A DNA stretch of 64,000 bases from Candidatus Cryptobacteroides excrementipullorum (GTDB taxonomy: Bacteria > Bacteroidota > Bacteroidia > Bacteroidales > UBA932), in assembly GCA_017695065.1 (NCBI GenBank), contig JADILZ010000041.1:1135-65134 (forward strand), written 5' to 3'. The position numbers and the translations under genes are program-made. The notes beneath the pieces were generated by a model that did not search any database, was not told the DNA's origin, and worked only from the letters and a program-made list of their open reading frames with translations. Positions 29,120-40,037 of the stretch are shown here, piece after piece (the stretch's first letter is position 1; the number at the start of each line of letters is the position of its first letter).

Positions 29120-31342
29120 CTATACGTCGGACCTGACCACGCTTTGCACCCCTTCTATCTTGTTCAGTTTCTTGATCAGCTTCTCAAGGTCTTCCTTGTC
29201 ATGTACATAAAGGTCAATGTAGCCTTCGAATATCCCTTCCTCGGTGCCTAAACAGAATTTCCTGATATTCACGCTCATGACCAGTGAAATATACCTGGAA
29301 ATCTCGTTTATTATGCCTATCCTGTCCAGGCCTTTCAGGGAGAGTCTCACAAGGAACGACTGGTCGGAGTCCTTTTCCCATACAGGCATGACAATGCGGT
29401 CTCCGTGCTTGGCGGCAATGCTGTTGGCCACGCTGCATGTCTTCTTGTGCACTGTCACCGTACCGTCCGAGGCGAGGAATCCAACTACGCTGTCACCCGG
29501 TATAGGGTTGCAGCAGTTGGCTATCACGTACCGGTGCCTGGTGTCGCTTTCGTCGTTGATGACATAGCTGTGCTTCTTCTCCTTGTTCTTGAACCACGGG
29601 AATCCCCAGGACTTGCCCTGTTTCTCCTCGCTCTTCTTTACGATTTCCTCCAGGTTGTTCAGCTTCAGCATGCCTATCCCCACCCTGAAGTAGAGCTCGT
29701 CCATGTCGTCCTCGAAAATTTCATATCCGTTAAGCAAGGCTTTCACGGTGCTGTCGTTCAGCTTGACTCCTATGGCATTGAGCTGCTCTTCCACCATCTT
29801 CCTGCCGACATTTATGCTCTCCTGCCTTTCGCCCTTGAGGTAGTCCATCACGATATTCTTGGCTTTCCTGGTCTTGAGGAACTGCAGCCATTCCCTTTTC
29901 GGTTTCTCTGTCTCGGCTGTGATGATTTCCACCTGGTCTCCCGTCTTCAATACATATGAAAGAGGCTCGAGCTTCATGTTTACCTTGGCTGCTATGGCCT
30001 TGTTGCCGATTTCGGAATGGATGGAATATGCAAAGTCCAGTGCCGTGGCTCCTTTCGGGATACGCTTCTGCTCACCTTTCGGGGTGAAAACGAATATATC
30101 AGTGGTAGTGAGGTCGTTGTGGATGATGTCCAGGAGCTCGAGCGCGTTCACGTCCGGATTCACGAGGATTTCCTTGACCTTGCTTATCCAGCTGTCCATT
30201 TCATTCTCGTTCTCGTCCACGAAGCCGTCTTTCTTATAGGTCCAGTGCGCCGCGATACCGCGTTCCGCGATGTCATTCATCCTTGTGGTGCGTATCTGCA
30301 CCTCTATCCAGATGCCCGAATGGCTCATCAGAGTGCAGTGCAGGGCTTCATATCCGTTGTTCTTGGGATGTTTCACCCAGTCACGGATACGGTCGCTCTT
30401 GTATTTGTATATTCCTGTTATTATTGAGAATACATGGTAGCACTGGTCACGTTCGCTGTCGGTGGACCCGGCATCCGGGTTGAATATGATCCGCACGGCA
30501 TACAGGTCATACACCTGCTCGAAGGTTATGCCCTTGGTGATCATCTTATGCCAGATGGAGTACGGAGTCTTGACCCTCTTCTTTATCTCAAAGTCGAATC
30601 CGGCGGTCCTGAGTGCCTTGTCTATAGGCTTTATGAATTCGTCTATCTCCTTTTCCTTGTCATTGATGTTCCGGTTTATCTTTTCCGAGATCTCGTTGAA
30701 AGCCTGGGGTTCCTTGTATCTCAACCAGATGTCCTCCATCTCCGACTTTACTTCATACAGGCCGAGCCTGTGGGCCAGAGGAATGAATATGAACATGGTC
30801 TCGCTGAGGATCTTGTCCCTCTTGTATTCCGGCATGAACTCGATGGTACGGCAGTTGTGGAGCCGGTCTGCCAGCTTGATGAGGACGACGCGGACATCAT
30901 CGTTGAGAGTCAGGAGAATACGCTTGAAGTTCTCCGCCTGTATGCTGTTCTGCTTGGCCTTGTCCTCATTGTCGAGCACGGTCTTTATCTTGGTGAGCCC
31001 TTCCACCAGGGAGGCAATCTTGTCCCCGAAAATGTTCCGGATGTCATCCACCGTATAGTCCGTGTCCTCAACCACATCATGCAGGAGCGCGGCGCAGATG
31101 GACTTGTATCCGAGCCCGATGTTGCTTACAACGATCTGGGCTACGGCGATCGGGTGGAGTATGTACGGCTCTCCGGAACGCCTGCGCACGCCCTTGTGCG
31201 CCTCGTTTGCAAACTCAAAGGCCTTCTGCACCATGTCCAGCTCGCTCTGGTTGGCGCACCGTTTCCTCGCAGCCTCTTTCAGATCAGCGTAATCGCGTGC
31301 AATGACCGCGTAGTCCTGTTGTGTAAATTCTGAGATAGCCAT
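29120..31342 (-). CDS. bifunctional (p)ppGpp synthetase/hydrolase (RelA/SpoT homologue)
   Basis: HD domain (HPIAVA...LLHDVVEDT), synthetase block (YKSIH-like: GYEALHCTL...IEVQIRT), and TGS and ACT regions. Confidence 0.95.
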   Translation of the reverse strand: MAISEFTQQDYAVIARDYADLKEAARKRCANQSELDMVQKAFEFANEAHKGVRRRSGEPYILHPIAVAQIVVSNIGLGYKSICAALLHDVVEDTDYTVDDIRNIFGDKIASLVEGLTKIKTVLDNEDKAKQNSIQAENFKRILLTLNDDVRVVLIKLADRLHNCRTIEFMPEYKRDKILSETMFIFIPLAHRLGLYEVKSEMEDIWLRYKEPQAFNEISEKINRNINDKEKEIDEFIKPIDKALRTAGFDFEIKKRVKTPYSIWHKMITKGITFEQVYDLYAVRIIFNPDAGSTDSERDQCYHVFSIITGIYKYKSDRIRDWVKHPKNNGYEALHCTLMSHSGIWIEVQIRTTRMNDIAERGIAAHWTYKKDGFVDENENEMDSWISKVKEILVNPDVNALELLDIIHNDLTTTDIFVFTPKGEQKRIPKGATALDFAYSIHSEIGNKAIAAKVNMKLEPLSYVLKTGDQVEIITAETEKPKREWLQFLKTRKAKNIVMDYLKGERQESINVGRKMVEEQLNAIGVKLNDSTVKALLNGYEIFEDDMDELYFRVGIGMLKLNNLEEIVKKSEEKQGKSWGFPWFKNKEKKHSYVINDESDTRHRYVIANCCNPIPGDSVVGFLASDGTVTVHKKTCSVANSIAAKHGDRIVMPVWEKDSDQSFLVRLSLKGLDRIGIINEISRYISLVMSVNIRKFCLGTEEGIFEGYIDLYVHDKEDLEKLIKKLNKIEGVQSVVRSDV

Positions 31343-31350
31343 GTCAGTCG

Positions 31351-32277
31351 TCAGTTTTCAATGTTATAGTTGTCAACGTTCTGGTATGCATACGACAGTT
31401 CCGCCCCGAAAAGGATGATGAACCACCCGAAATTCATCCAGAACATGAAAAGGGGTATTGCCGCCACTGCTCCGTAAACCATGTTAAGCCTTGTCACGAA
31501 GACCTGTGTCCCGAGGTACAGGTACTGCAGGACGGTAAAGGCGAGGCCGGAAATGACAGCTGACCTGAGCGCGTTGCTGTACATGACCCTTGCGTTCGGG
31601 ATGAACTTGTACATGGCCGAGAAGGTGAGTGTGGCGATTATGTAGAATATGACCCATCCGAGGAAGGATGAGAAAGTCTCCATGGATTTGATGTCCAGCC
31701 CTGTGCTTTCCAGGAGATTCGAGTAGATGATCGATCCTGAAAAGAACAGCATGATGATGAACGGGGAAATGACGAGTATCAGGACATAGAATGAGAACCT
31801 CTTGAAGAAGTTCCTGGACTTGTGGACTTTCCAGACGTTGTTGAATACCCTTTCCACCGACATCATCATCCAGAACACCAGCCAGATGAAGAGCAGTGCG
31901 CTCACCAGTCCCATTGTGCTCGAGCGTGCCGTGGTGATGATGTTGTCCGCGAAGCCGAGGACCATGTCGATGACGTTCTGGTTGTCGCTGAAGTTTGCAT
32001 AGAGGAGTTCCTTGAGCCTGTCCGAAATGCCGAGCCCTCCTGTGACAACGAATGTAACGGCGATGAAAGGGACTACTGACATTGTCCCGAAAAAGCTCAG
32101 GGCCACCGCCTGAAAGCCGATTTTCTGGGCAGAAAACGTCTTTAGCGTGAGAATCAGTATCTTGGTGTACTTGACCGCACTCGCCTTAAATCTGGAAAGT
32201 TCCTCAATGTCGATTTTCCAGATGTCTTCCGTGAGAAATTTCTTGGACTTCCTGTATGTGCTGCTTACCCTGTTCAT
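31351..32277 (-). CDS. YihY/BrkB family membrane protein
   Basis: Six predicted TM helices and the YGA/GAELSYA-type C-terminal motif (FILFGAELSYAYQ). The start was trimmed to MNRVSSTYRK (32277) so that it no longer overlaps ligA. Confidence 0.8.
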   Translation of the reverse strand: MNRVSSTYRKSKKFLTEDIWKIDIEELSRFKASAVKYTKILILTLKTFSAQKIGFQAVALSFFGTMSVVPFIAVTFVVTGGLGISDRLKELLYANFSDNQNVIDMVLGFADNIITTARSSTMGLVSALLFIWLVFWMMMSVERVFNNVWKVHKSRNFFKRFSFYVLILVISPFIIMLFFSGSIIYSNLLESTGLDIKSMETFSSFLGWVIFYIIATLTFSAMYKFIPNARVMYSNALRSAVISGLAFTVLQYLYLGTQVFVTRLNMVYGAVAAIPLFMFWMNFGWFIILFGAELSYAYQNVDNYNIEN

Positions 32278-32296
32278 CCTTTTTTGCCTCCTTGAA

Positions 32297-34543
<2,247 letters not shown>

Positions 34544-34688
34544 TCATCCGGCCCGGAATACGTGCAGATTTTACAGGACAAATGTGGTTTTTTTCATTAA
34601 ATTGGATAATTTTGCACCGCCGTCCGGAAATGGCTTCCGGAGCGGATATTGACAGACAGTATTAACATCAATTAAATAAGGTTTAGAT

Positions 34689-35924
34689 ATGAAAGATGCA
34701 GTAATTATCCTCTGCGGTGGCGGTCCTGCCCCCGGAATGAACTCAGTGTCAATGAGTGTGGCAAAAACATTCCTTTCCAAAGGTTACAGGGTGATCGGGC
34801 TCCACGGCGGCTATTCCGGACTCTTCAGCAAGAACGCACGTACCGAGGATCTGGATTTCTTCAAGGCCGACCGTTATTTCAACAGGGGAGGCTCTTACCT
34901 CGAGATGAGCCGTTTCAAGCCTACTGACAAGGACTTCGAGGAGAACTTCAACCTCGACCTTTTCAAGGACAACAACATCAAGCTCCTGGTCACAATCGGC
35001 GGCGACGATACTGCCTCTACTGCCAACAGGATTTCCAAGTTCCTTGCAGCCAAGAACTATCCTATCGCCAACATCCACTGTCCGAAGACCATCGACAACG
35101 ACCTTCCTCTTCCGAACAACACTCCTACTTTCGGATACAACTCCGCCAAGAATGAAGGCGCGCATCTCGCAAGGACCATCTATGAGGATGCACGCACTTC
35201 CGGCAACTGGCTTATCATCTCCGCAATGGGACGTACATGCGGAAGTCTTGCACTCGGGATCGGCGAGGCCACACACTGCCCTATGACCATCATCCCGGAG
35301 ATGTTCAACAAGACACAGATGACTCTCGAGAAGATCATCAGGCTTTCCGTTTCTGCCATTCTCAAGAGGAAGATAATGGGTGTCAATTACGGTACAATCG
35401 TGGCTGCCGAAGGCCTTTTCCACAATGACGAGGTCGCCAAGGAGGCTGCCGAGGCCGGAATCCACTTCACATACGACGAGCACGGGCATCCGGAGCTCGG
35501 CAAGATCTCAAAGGCAGTGCTTTTCAACGACCTTCTCGAGAAAGAGTTCAAGAAACTCGGCCTCAAGGTCAAGAGCCGTCCTGTGGAGATAGGATATGAT
35601 GTACGTTGCCAGGACCCTGTGGCATACGACCTTACATACTGCACAGAGCTTGCCATGGGTGTTTACCAGCTCTTCAGCGAAGGCAAGACAGGCTGCATGG
35701 TATACATAGATTCATATGGTAACGTATCTCCTCTGTATCTGTCTGATCTCCAGGATCCTGAGACAGGAAAGATTCCTCCTAGGGTAGTGGACATCAACGC
35801 AGGTACCGCACAGAACTACTACAAGTACATCGCGCACTACATCACCGAGGCCGACTATGAGGCCGCCAAGGCATACGTAAGCGATCCTGAGGCATACGAC
35901 TTCAAGAAGATCCTCGGCTGGTAG
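34689..35924 (+). CDS. pfp: 6-phosphofructokinase, probably pyrophosphate-dependent (PFP/PPi-PFK)
   Basis: GGGPAPGMN, IGGDDT and PKTIDNDL. The Asp and Lys at the two positions where ATP-PFKs have Gly are the established PPi-specificity signature. Confidence 0.8.
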   Translation: MKDAVIILCGGGPAPGMNSVSMSVAKTFLSKGYRVIGLHGGYSGLFSKNARTEDLDFFKADRYFNRGGSYLEMSRFKPTDKDFEENFNLDLFKDNNIKLLVTIGGDDTASTANRISKFLAAKNYPIANIHCPKTIDNDLPLPNNTPTFGYNSAKNEGAHLARTIYEDARTSGNWLIISAMGRTCGSLALGIGEATHCPMTIIPEMFNKTQMTLEKIIRLSVSAILKRKIMGVNYGTIVAAEGLFHNDEVAKEAAEAGIHFTYDEHGHPELGKISKAVLFNDLLEKEFKKLGLKVKSRPVEIGYDVRCQDPVAYDLTYCTELAMGVYQLFSEGKTGCMVYIDSYGNVSPLYLSDLQDPETGKIPPRVVDINAGTAQNYYKYIAHYITEADYEAAKAYVSDPEAYDFKKILGW

Positions 35925-35962
35925 AGTATTAAAGTCGCATACTGACTACAAATAAATAAAAG

Positions 35963-36010
35963 AAGGTGACCCCAAGTCTTTCATTTGACTCTTGGGGTCA
36001 CCTTTTTTAT
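35963..36010. terminator. bidirectional rho-independent terminator between the convergent pfp and the 196-aa ORF
   Basis: Perfect 14-bp stem AAGGTGACCCCAAG / CTTGGGGTCACCTT with a 14-nt loop. A T-run follows on the + strand and an A-run precedes it, giving a T-run on the - strand. Confidence 0.75.
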
Positions 36011-36087
36011 TGGGATACTTGCCCAGCATAAATAATTATAGTGTAATTGAGATAAGCCGCTTTAATACTGCTCTCTTTACTTCCTCG

Positions 36088-36678
36088 TCACGACAGCGGC
36101 TTCTTTTTCCCGGCAGCAGGGGCAAGCCGGACCTTCTGGAATCTGTAACCGTCTTTTTTAAGCTGGATGGCCGCACCGATACGGAACATCGCACGGGTGG
36201 TGCGGGCAAAGATATGGAATGCCATGGATGTCTGTCTTTCAATGCCTTCGTGTCTGATGCGGGAGACAGCATGCTGGGTGCAGGCAAGTAGCGTCCTTGA
36301 GATGACGCCGGCCTCTGTCGAGCCGGTGCCGAGTCCCAGAATATCCTGTACGATATGGTCGTCCATGTCGTCAAAGCCACGCGGACCGTGCAGGGCTGTG
36401 TATTTCTCGCTGTGGTGCTTTCCCCAGTCGATATCCCACCATTTGGCTACAGCCATGCCGATGTATCCCGCCCAGCCGATGGCTGCCTCGGGGAAAGAGT
36501 CCAGGTTCGGGACGGCTTCGGACATGTATTCCGGGGCAAACTCCTTCCATTTGCCGTCTATGTCTTCGGAAGAAAGCAAGGTGCCGTCGAGCATCCCGAG
36601 CGAGGTGCATACTCTGAGCAGCTCTTCCGTCAGCGAGAGCTCGTAATTGTCAAGAAATTCTATGTCTTTGTTTTCCAT
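36088..36678 (-). CDS. hypothetical protein (196 aa)
   Basis: A clean ORF between the terminator and queE with codon usage like its neighbours. No family was recognised. Confidence 0.5.
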   Translation of the reverse strand: MENKDIEFLDNYELSLTEELLRVCTSLGMLDGTLLSSEDIDGKWKEFAPEYMSEAVPNLDSFPEAAIGWAGYIGMAVAKWWDIDWGKHHSEKYTALHGPRGFDDMDDHIVQDILGLGTGSTEAGVISRTLLACTQHAVSRIRHEGIERQTSMAFHIFARTTRAMFRIGAAIQLKKDGYRFQKVRLAPAAGKKKPLS

Positions 36679-36708
36679 TGCGGTGGCTTTTATTATCCTT
36701 GATTGCAG

Positions 36709-37293
36709 TTATCTGATCCCCGTCAGCTTGTGCGTCTGAAGCGAGAGCCGCCAGTGGGGATGTTCGAGGCAGTACCGTATAGACTCCTCCAGAAACTGCC
36801 TGTCTGTTTCAGGATTGCCGGTGTCGCACGGCTGAATGAAGTGGTGCCTGGCGGCGATGTCGGAGTATATGCTCATGTCCTGGCCGTGGTAAACCACCTT
36901 GAGCTCATCACATTCCGTTATGCGTAGAGGCGGGTCCGGCTGAAGGTCGAACTTCGGTGACAGCGTGATCCAGTCAATGTTTTCCGGCAGGGGAGTGGTG
37001 CCGTTGGTTTCGATGGCTGCGGATTTGCCGAGGCTGTGTATGGCCTGGATGAACTCCCTGTCAATGGACAGGGATGGCTCACCTCCGGTGAGCACCACAT
37101 GCCCTGAGGGGTATTTCTCCACCTCTTCCATGATTTCGGGGCAGGTGAGCATGCGGCCGTTGCTGTGGTCCGTGTCGCAGAACGGACATCTGAGGTTGCA
37201 TCCCGAAAAGCGGATGAAGACTGACGGGGTTCCGGTGAAAAACCCTTCTCCCTGAAGGGAATAGAAAATCTCGTTGATCTTGTAGGTCTTCAT
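36709..37293 (-). CDS. queE: 7-carboxy-7-deazaguanine synthase QueE (radical SAM)
   Basis: EIFYSLQGEG...IRFSGCNLRCPFCDT (CxxxCxxC radical-SAM cluster), adjacent to queD. Confidence 0.9.
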   Translation of the reverse strand: MKTYKINEIFYSLQGEGFFTGTPSVFIRFSGCNLRCPFCDTDHSNGRMLTCPEIMEEVEKYPSGHVVLTGGEPSLSIDREFIQAIHSLGKSAAIETNGTTPLPENIDWITLSPKFDLQPDPPLRITECDELKVVYHGQDMSIYSDIAARHHFIQPCDTGNPETDRQFLEESIRYCLEHPHWRLSLQTHKLTGIR

Positions 37294-37643
37294 ATCGCAG
37301 CCGATTCAAATCCTGGTTTCACATATACCGCGGTGTTGCCCTCGGACTCCTGGAACATCACCTTGTAGCAATGCGGGACCTGGTCGCATATCCACCGCGA
37401 CAGGTTCTCTGCCGTGGGATTGAAATCCAGTATCCCGTTCAGGAGACAGTGGTCGAGCCTGCTGCTTACCGCTTCCTTTATGTGCTTGAAATCCACGACC
37501 ATACCGTTTCCGTCAAGCTCTTCGGAGCAACAGAATACGGTCACGATGGCGTTGTGTCCGTGGAGTCTTGTGCATTTGCTCTCGTAATCAAGTGAAAGAC
37601 TGTGGGCAAAAGCTATTTCCAGACGTTTCGAAACGTAGTACAT
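37290..37643 (-). CDS. queD: 6-carboxy-5,6,7,8-tetrahydropterin synthase QueD
   Basis: 117 aa with FAHSL...CTRLHGHN and the MVVDFKHIK pattern typical of PTPS/QueD. It overlaps queE by 4 nt. Confidence 0.9.
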   Translation of the reverse strand: MYYVSKRLEIAFAHSLSLDYESKCTRLHGHNAIVTVFCCSEELDGNGMVVDFKHIKEAVSSRLDHCLLNGILDFNPTAENLSRWICDQVPHCYKVMFQESEGNTAVYVKPGFESAAI

Positions 37644-37685
37644 ACGGTCTTTTTAATGGTTGGACATCAGTTTGTTACAGCTCTG

Positions 37686-37985
37686 TCAGCATCCGCTCCC
37701 GTCCAGGCTGCATGACGCCCCCTGTTCGGCCGGTCTTGATCTGAGACCGGCTTCTTCCGGCACGAGTGTGACTGTGCCGTCCTCGAGGACAAAGCACGGT
37801 ATTCCTGCAAGCCCTTCCTTTTTCGCCTCGTCGAACGCCTTGCTGCTGTCCCTGAGCCTGAGGAATTCTTTCAGATTGCGTACATGTGCCCCGATGTCTA
37901 TGATCTCGTATTTCCCGTTCCCTTCGACCTGTTCCTTCACGTAAGTACAGTCCGGGCAGGTGTCCATTCCATATATTTTTATCAT
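37686..37985 (-). CDS. glutaredoxin/NrdH-like small redox protein
   Basis: MIKIYGMDTCPDCTYV (CPxC in a thioredoxin-fold context) and a GIPCFVLEDG beta-strand. The start was trimmed to 37985. Confidence 0.7.
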   Translation of the reverse strand: MIKIYGMDTCPDCTYVKEQVEGNGKYEIIDIGAHVRNLKEFLRLRDSSKAFDEAKKEGLAGIPCFVLEDGTVTLVPEEAGLRSRPAEQGASCSLDGSGC

Positions 37986-38073
37986 TGTCAAGAATACGTT
38001 TAAAATTTCAGGATGCAAAAATAATCAAAAGGAGGGAAATATGAAGCATAATACCTCACCCGTGGATTCCGTG

Positions 38074-38667
38074 TCAGAAATTTACGGCCAGTCCTATCCC
38101 GTTTTTCTGTGCTCCGCAGGAGAGCATGACAGGGAGCCGGGCATAGTTGCATGACTTGACGATACCGTTCATCCTCTTTTTATAGACACAGAATACGGCT
38201 GTGCCGGCGGCAAGTCCCAGTATGCCTGTTCCTGTGGCAATCAGTCCGGCCATTGTGACCTGGTAGAAGCGGTAATTGAAGTCGATTTCCGCCTTTTCCC
38301 CTGTCATTGCTGCGAGCGGGATCGTGAAGATCATCCCGATTCCTGTGGCCATTCCTTCGAGGAACATTCCCGCCGCTCCTACGCCGAGGGTGACGAGCCC
38401 GGCTCCTGTAAGGGCCCCGAATCCTATGAGCATTCCTTTCCCGGCGTTGAACCCTTTACGGGTGCTTTCATAATATGAATACGGTATTTCTGCGGTCTCC
38501 GCCAGGAGCGAGCAGACTTCCTCCGCAGAAAGTTTTGTCTCCCCGGAATACAGGTCAGCCCCTTTGCGGCTGATTGTGCCGTAGTCCATGCAATACTGTG
38601 CCGAAGCAGTATGTACTCCGGCTGTCATTCCGGCAATGAACACCAGTATGAAAACGATTTTTCTCAT
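38074..38667 (-). CDS. hypothetical membrane protein with signal peptide
   Basis: MRKIVFILVFIAGMTAGVHTASAQ signal sequence followed by Gly-rich TM segments. This is only the 3' third of the 38074-39243 ORF. Confidence 0.55.
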   Translation of the reverse strand: MRKIVFILVFIAGMTAGVHTASAQYCMDYGTISRKGADLYSGETKLSAEEVCSLLAETAEIPYSYYESTRKGFNAGKGMLIGFGALTGAGLVTLGVGAAGMFLEGMATGIGMIFTIPLAAMTGEKAEIDFNYRFYQVTMAGLIATGTGILGLAAGTAVFCVYKKRMNGIVKSCNYARLPVMLSCGAQKNGIGLAVNF

Positions 38668-38699
38668 TTTTTCTGTATCTTTTTGGAAATGAAAGGATT

Positions 38700-39077
38700 T
38701 CAGATATTCAGCTGTACATCTCTCCCGAACGGTGTCAGGGACAGCCCGGCCATCTTGAAATGCTGTCTGGCGAACGGTATTCCGATGATGGTGATGAAAA
38801 GGAGGATTCCGAAGAAGATATGTGTGAGCCAGGCCCAGAGTCCTCCGAAAATTATCCATATAAGGTTCATCGGAATACGGATGCACCCTGTCGGCCCGTC
38901 GGTCCTCCTGACTTCCGCCCCGAATGGCCACAGGCACAGCAGCCCTATCTTGAAGGTCTGCAGGGCGAATGGTATGCCTATGATGGTGACGGCGAGCGCG
39001 AGACTTCCTGTGAAATAGCCTATGGCGGCCTCGAGCCCTCCGAATATCCACCACAGCAGGTTTCCTATTATTCTCAT
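38700..39077 (-). CDS. YccF domain-containing inner membrane protein
   Basis: Duplicated motif GNLLWWIFGG...IIGIPFALQ / NLIWIIFGGLW...IIGIPFARQ, characteristic of YccF. Confidence 0.85.
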   Translation of the reverse strand: MRIIGNLLWWIFGGLEAAIGYFTGSLALAVTIIGIPFALQTFKIGLLCLWPFGAEVRRTDGPTGCIRIPMNLIWIIFGGLWAWLTHIFFGILLFITIIGIPFARQHFKMAGLSLTPFGRDVQLNI

Positions 39078-39098
39078 GATGTTTTAAGTATTTGTTTT

Positions 39099-40034
39099 CT
39101 AAAGTTCCGTGACAAGTGTCCAGTCTGTAAATACGGAATATCCGCCAGAGAAGCACCCGGCTCCTCCTGCCACATTGGTGTAGGCGAATGTGACCGGTGC
39201 CAGCCCGATGAATCCGAGCGCGTTGTTCGCCTTGTCTATGCATGCGGTCTCGTAGCGAAGCCTTTCAGGGGAGACACTCTGTACCTCGACGCGAAGATAA
39301 AGCTTTTTCCCCACATCGATGGACGGCAGGGGAGCAGTCACTTCAAATTCCTTGCGCCCGCCCTCGAAGGTGTCGTCGTAAATCCCGTAATACCGGTATC
39401 CGTCCTCCCATGTGACATCGAACGGTCCTACGTCCATGAAGGACGATTCCGGAGTATTACCGAAAGTCAGTTCAAGCCCGGCTCCGGAATAATTGTCATC
39501 AGGACGGGTAAAGGACGATTCGGTCCTGAAGCACACGGCATAGGCATCTTCGCTGCCGGCATTGTCCGTAATCGAGAACCTGATTCTGAGGTTGTCCCCG
39601 TCAATCGAGCCTTCCGCCTGCACCTCAGCCGGTTTTCTCGGTATGACTGTTCCGGAAGACGCCGTCGGGAAGCCCCCGGATTCGGCTGTGACAGTGAACT
39701 CGTCCCCTTCTTCCGCTGGATATGAGTCCGCAATGAGTCCGAAGAAGTCCTTTATCGTGATATAATCCTTTGTATCAATTAGTTCCGAATTCCTGTATAT
39801 CTTCAGGGTGCATCTTGCTTCCTCGTCGAATTCCCGCTTGCCGGCTGCGGAGGGCACACCGTACAGATACATCTGGAAACTCCCTGTCCCCGGTTCGGAC
39901 GGGTCGGTCCTGACATACCCGTCTATCAGGAACAGCGGGTCAGAGTCCAAGCCCCTGAAATCGAACTCCACTTCGCAGGAGGTGGCCCACAGCAGGCAGA
40001 GCGCTGACATTGCGATATGTATGTTTCTATTCAT
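39099..40034 (-). CDS. DUF4249-like lipoprotein (partner of the upstream TonB-dependent receptor)
   Basis: Lipobox WATSC, size about 310 aa, and a position 3 nt downstream of a TonB-dependent receptor, as in the common Bacteroidetes TBDR-DUF4249 pairs. Confidence 0.6.
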   Translation of the reverse strand: MNRNIHIAMSALCLLWATSCEVEFDFRGLDSDPLFLIDGYVRTDPSEPGTGSFQMYLYGVPSAAGKREFDEEARCTLKIYRNSELIDTKDYITIKDFFGLIADSYPAEEGDEFTVTAESGGFPTASSGTVIPRKPAEVQAEGSIDGDNLRIRFSITDNAGSEDAYAVCFRTESSFTRPDDNYSGAGLELTFGNTPESSFMDVGPFDVTWEDGYRYYGIYDDTFEGGRKEFEVTAPLPSIDVGKKLYLRVEVQSVSPERLRYETACIDKANNALGFIGLAPVTFAYTNVAGGAGCFSGGYSVFTDWTLVTEL

Positions 40035-40037
40035 TGT

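Noticed and set aside
34689-35924. Whether the 411-aa PFK is unusual.
   Set aside because: The GGDDT and PKTIDND residues fit the known PPi-dependent PFK signature, which is common in anaerobes. It is ordinary metabolism and not an anomaly.
38668-39243. N-terminal 190 residues of the 389-aa ORF 38074-39243.
   Set aside because: This part is Arg/His-rich low-complexity sequence. It overlaps the well-supported YccF gene (38700-39077) and the end of the DUF4249 gene in other frames. A good signal-peptide start (MRKIVF...) exists at 38667.
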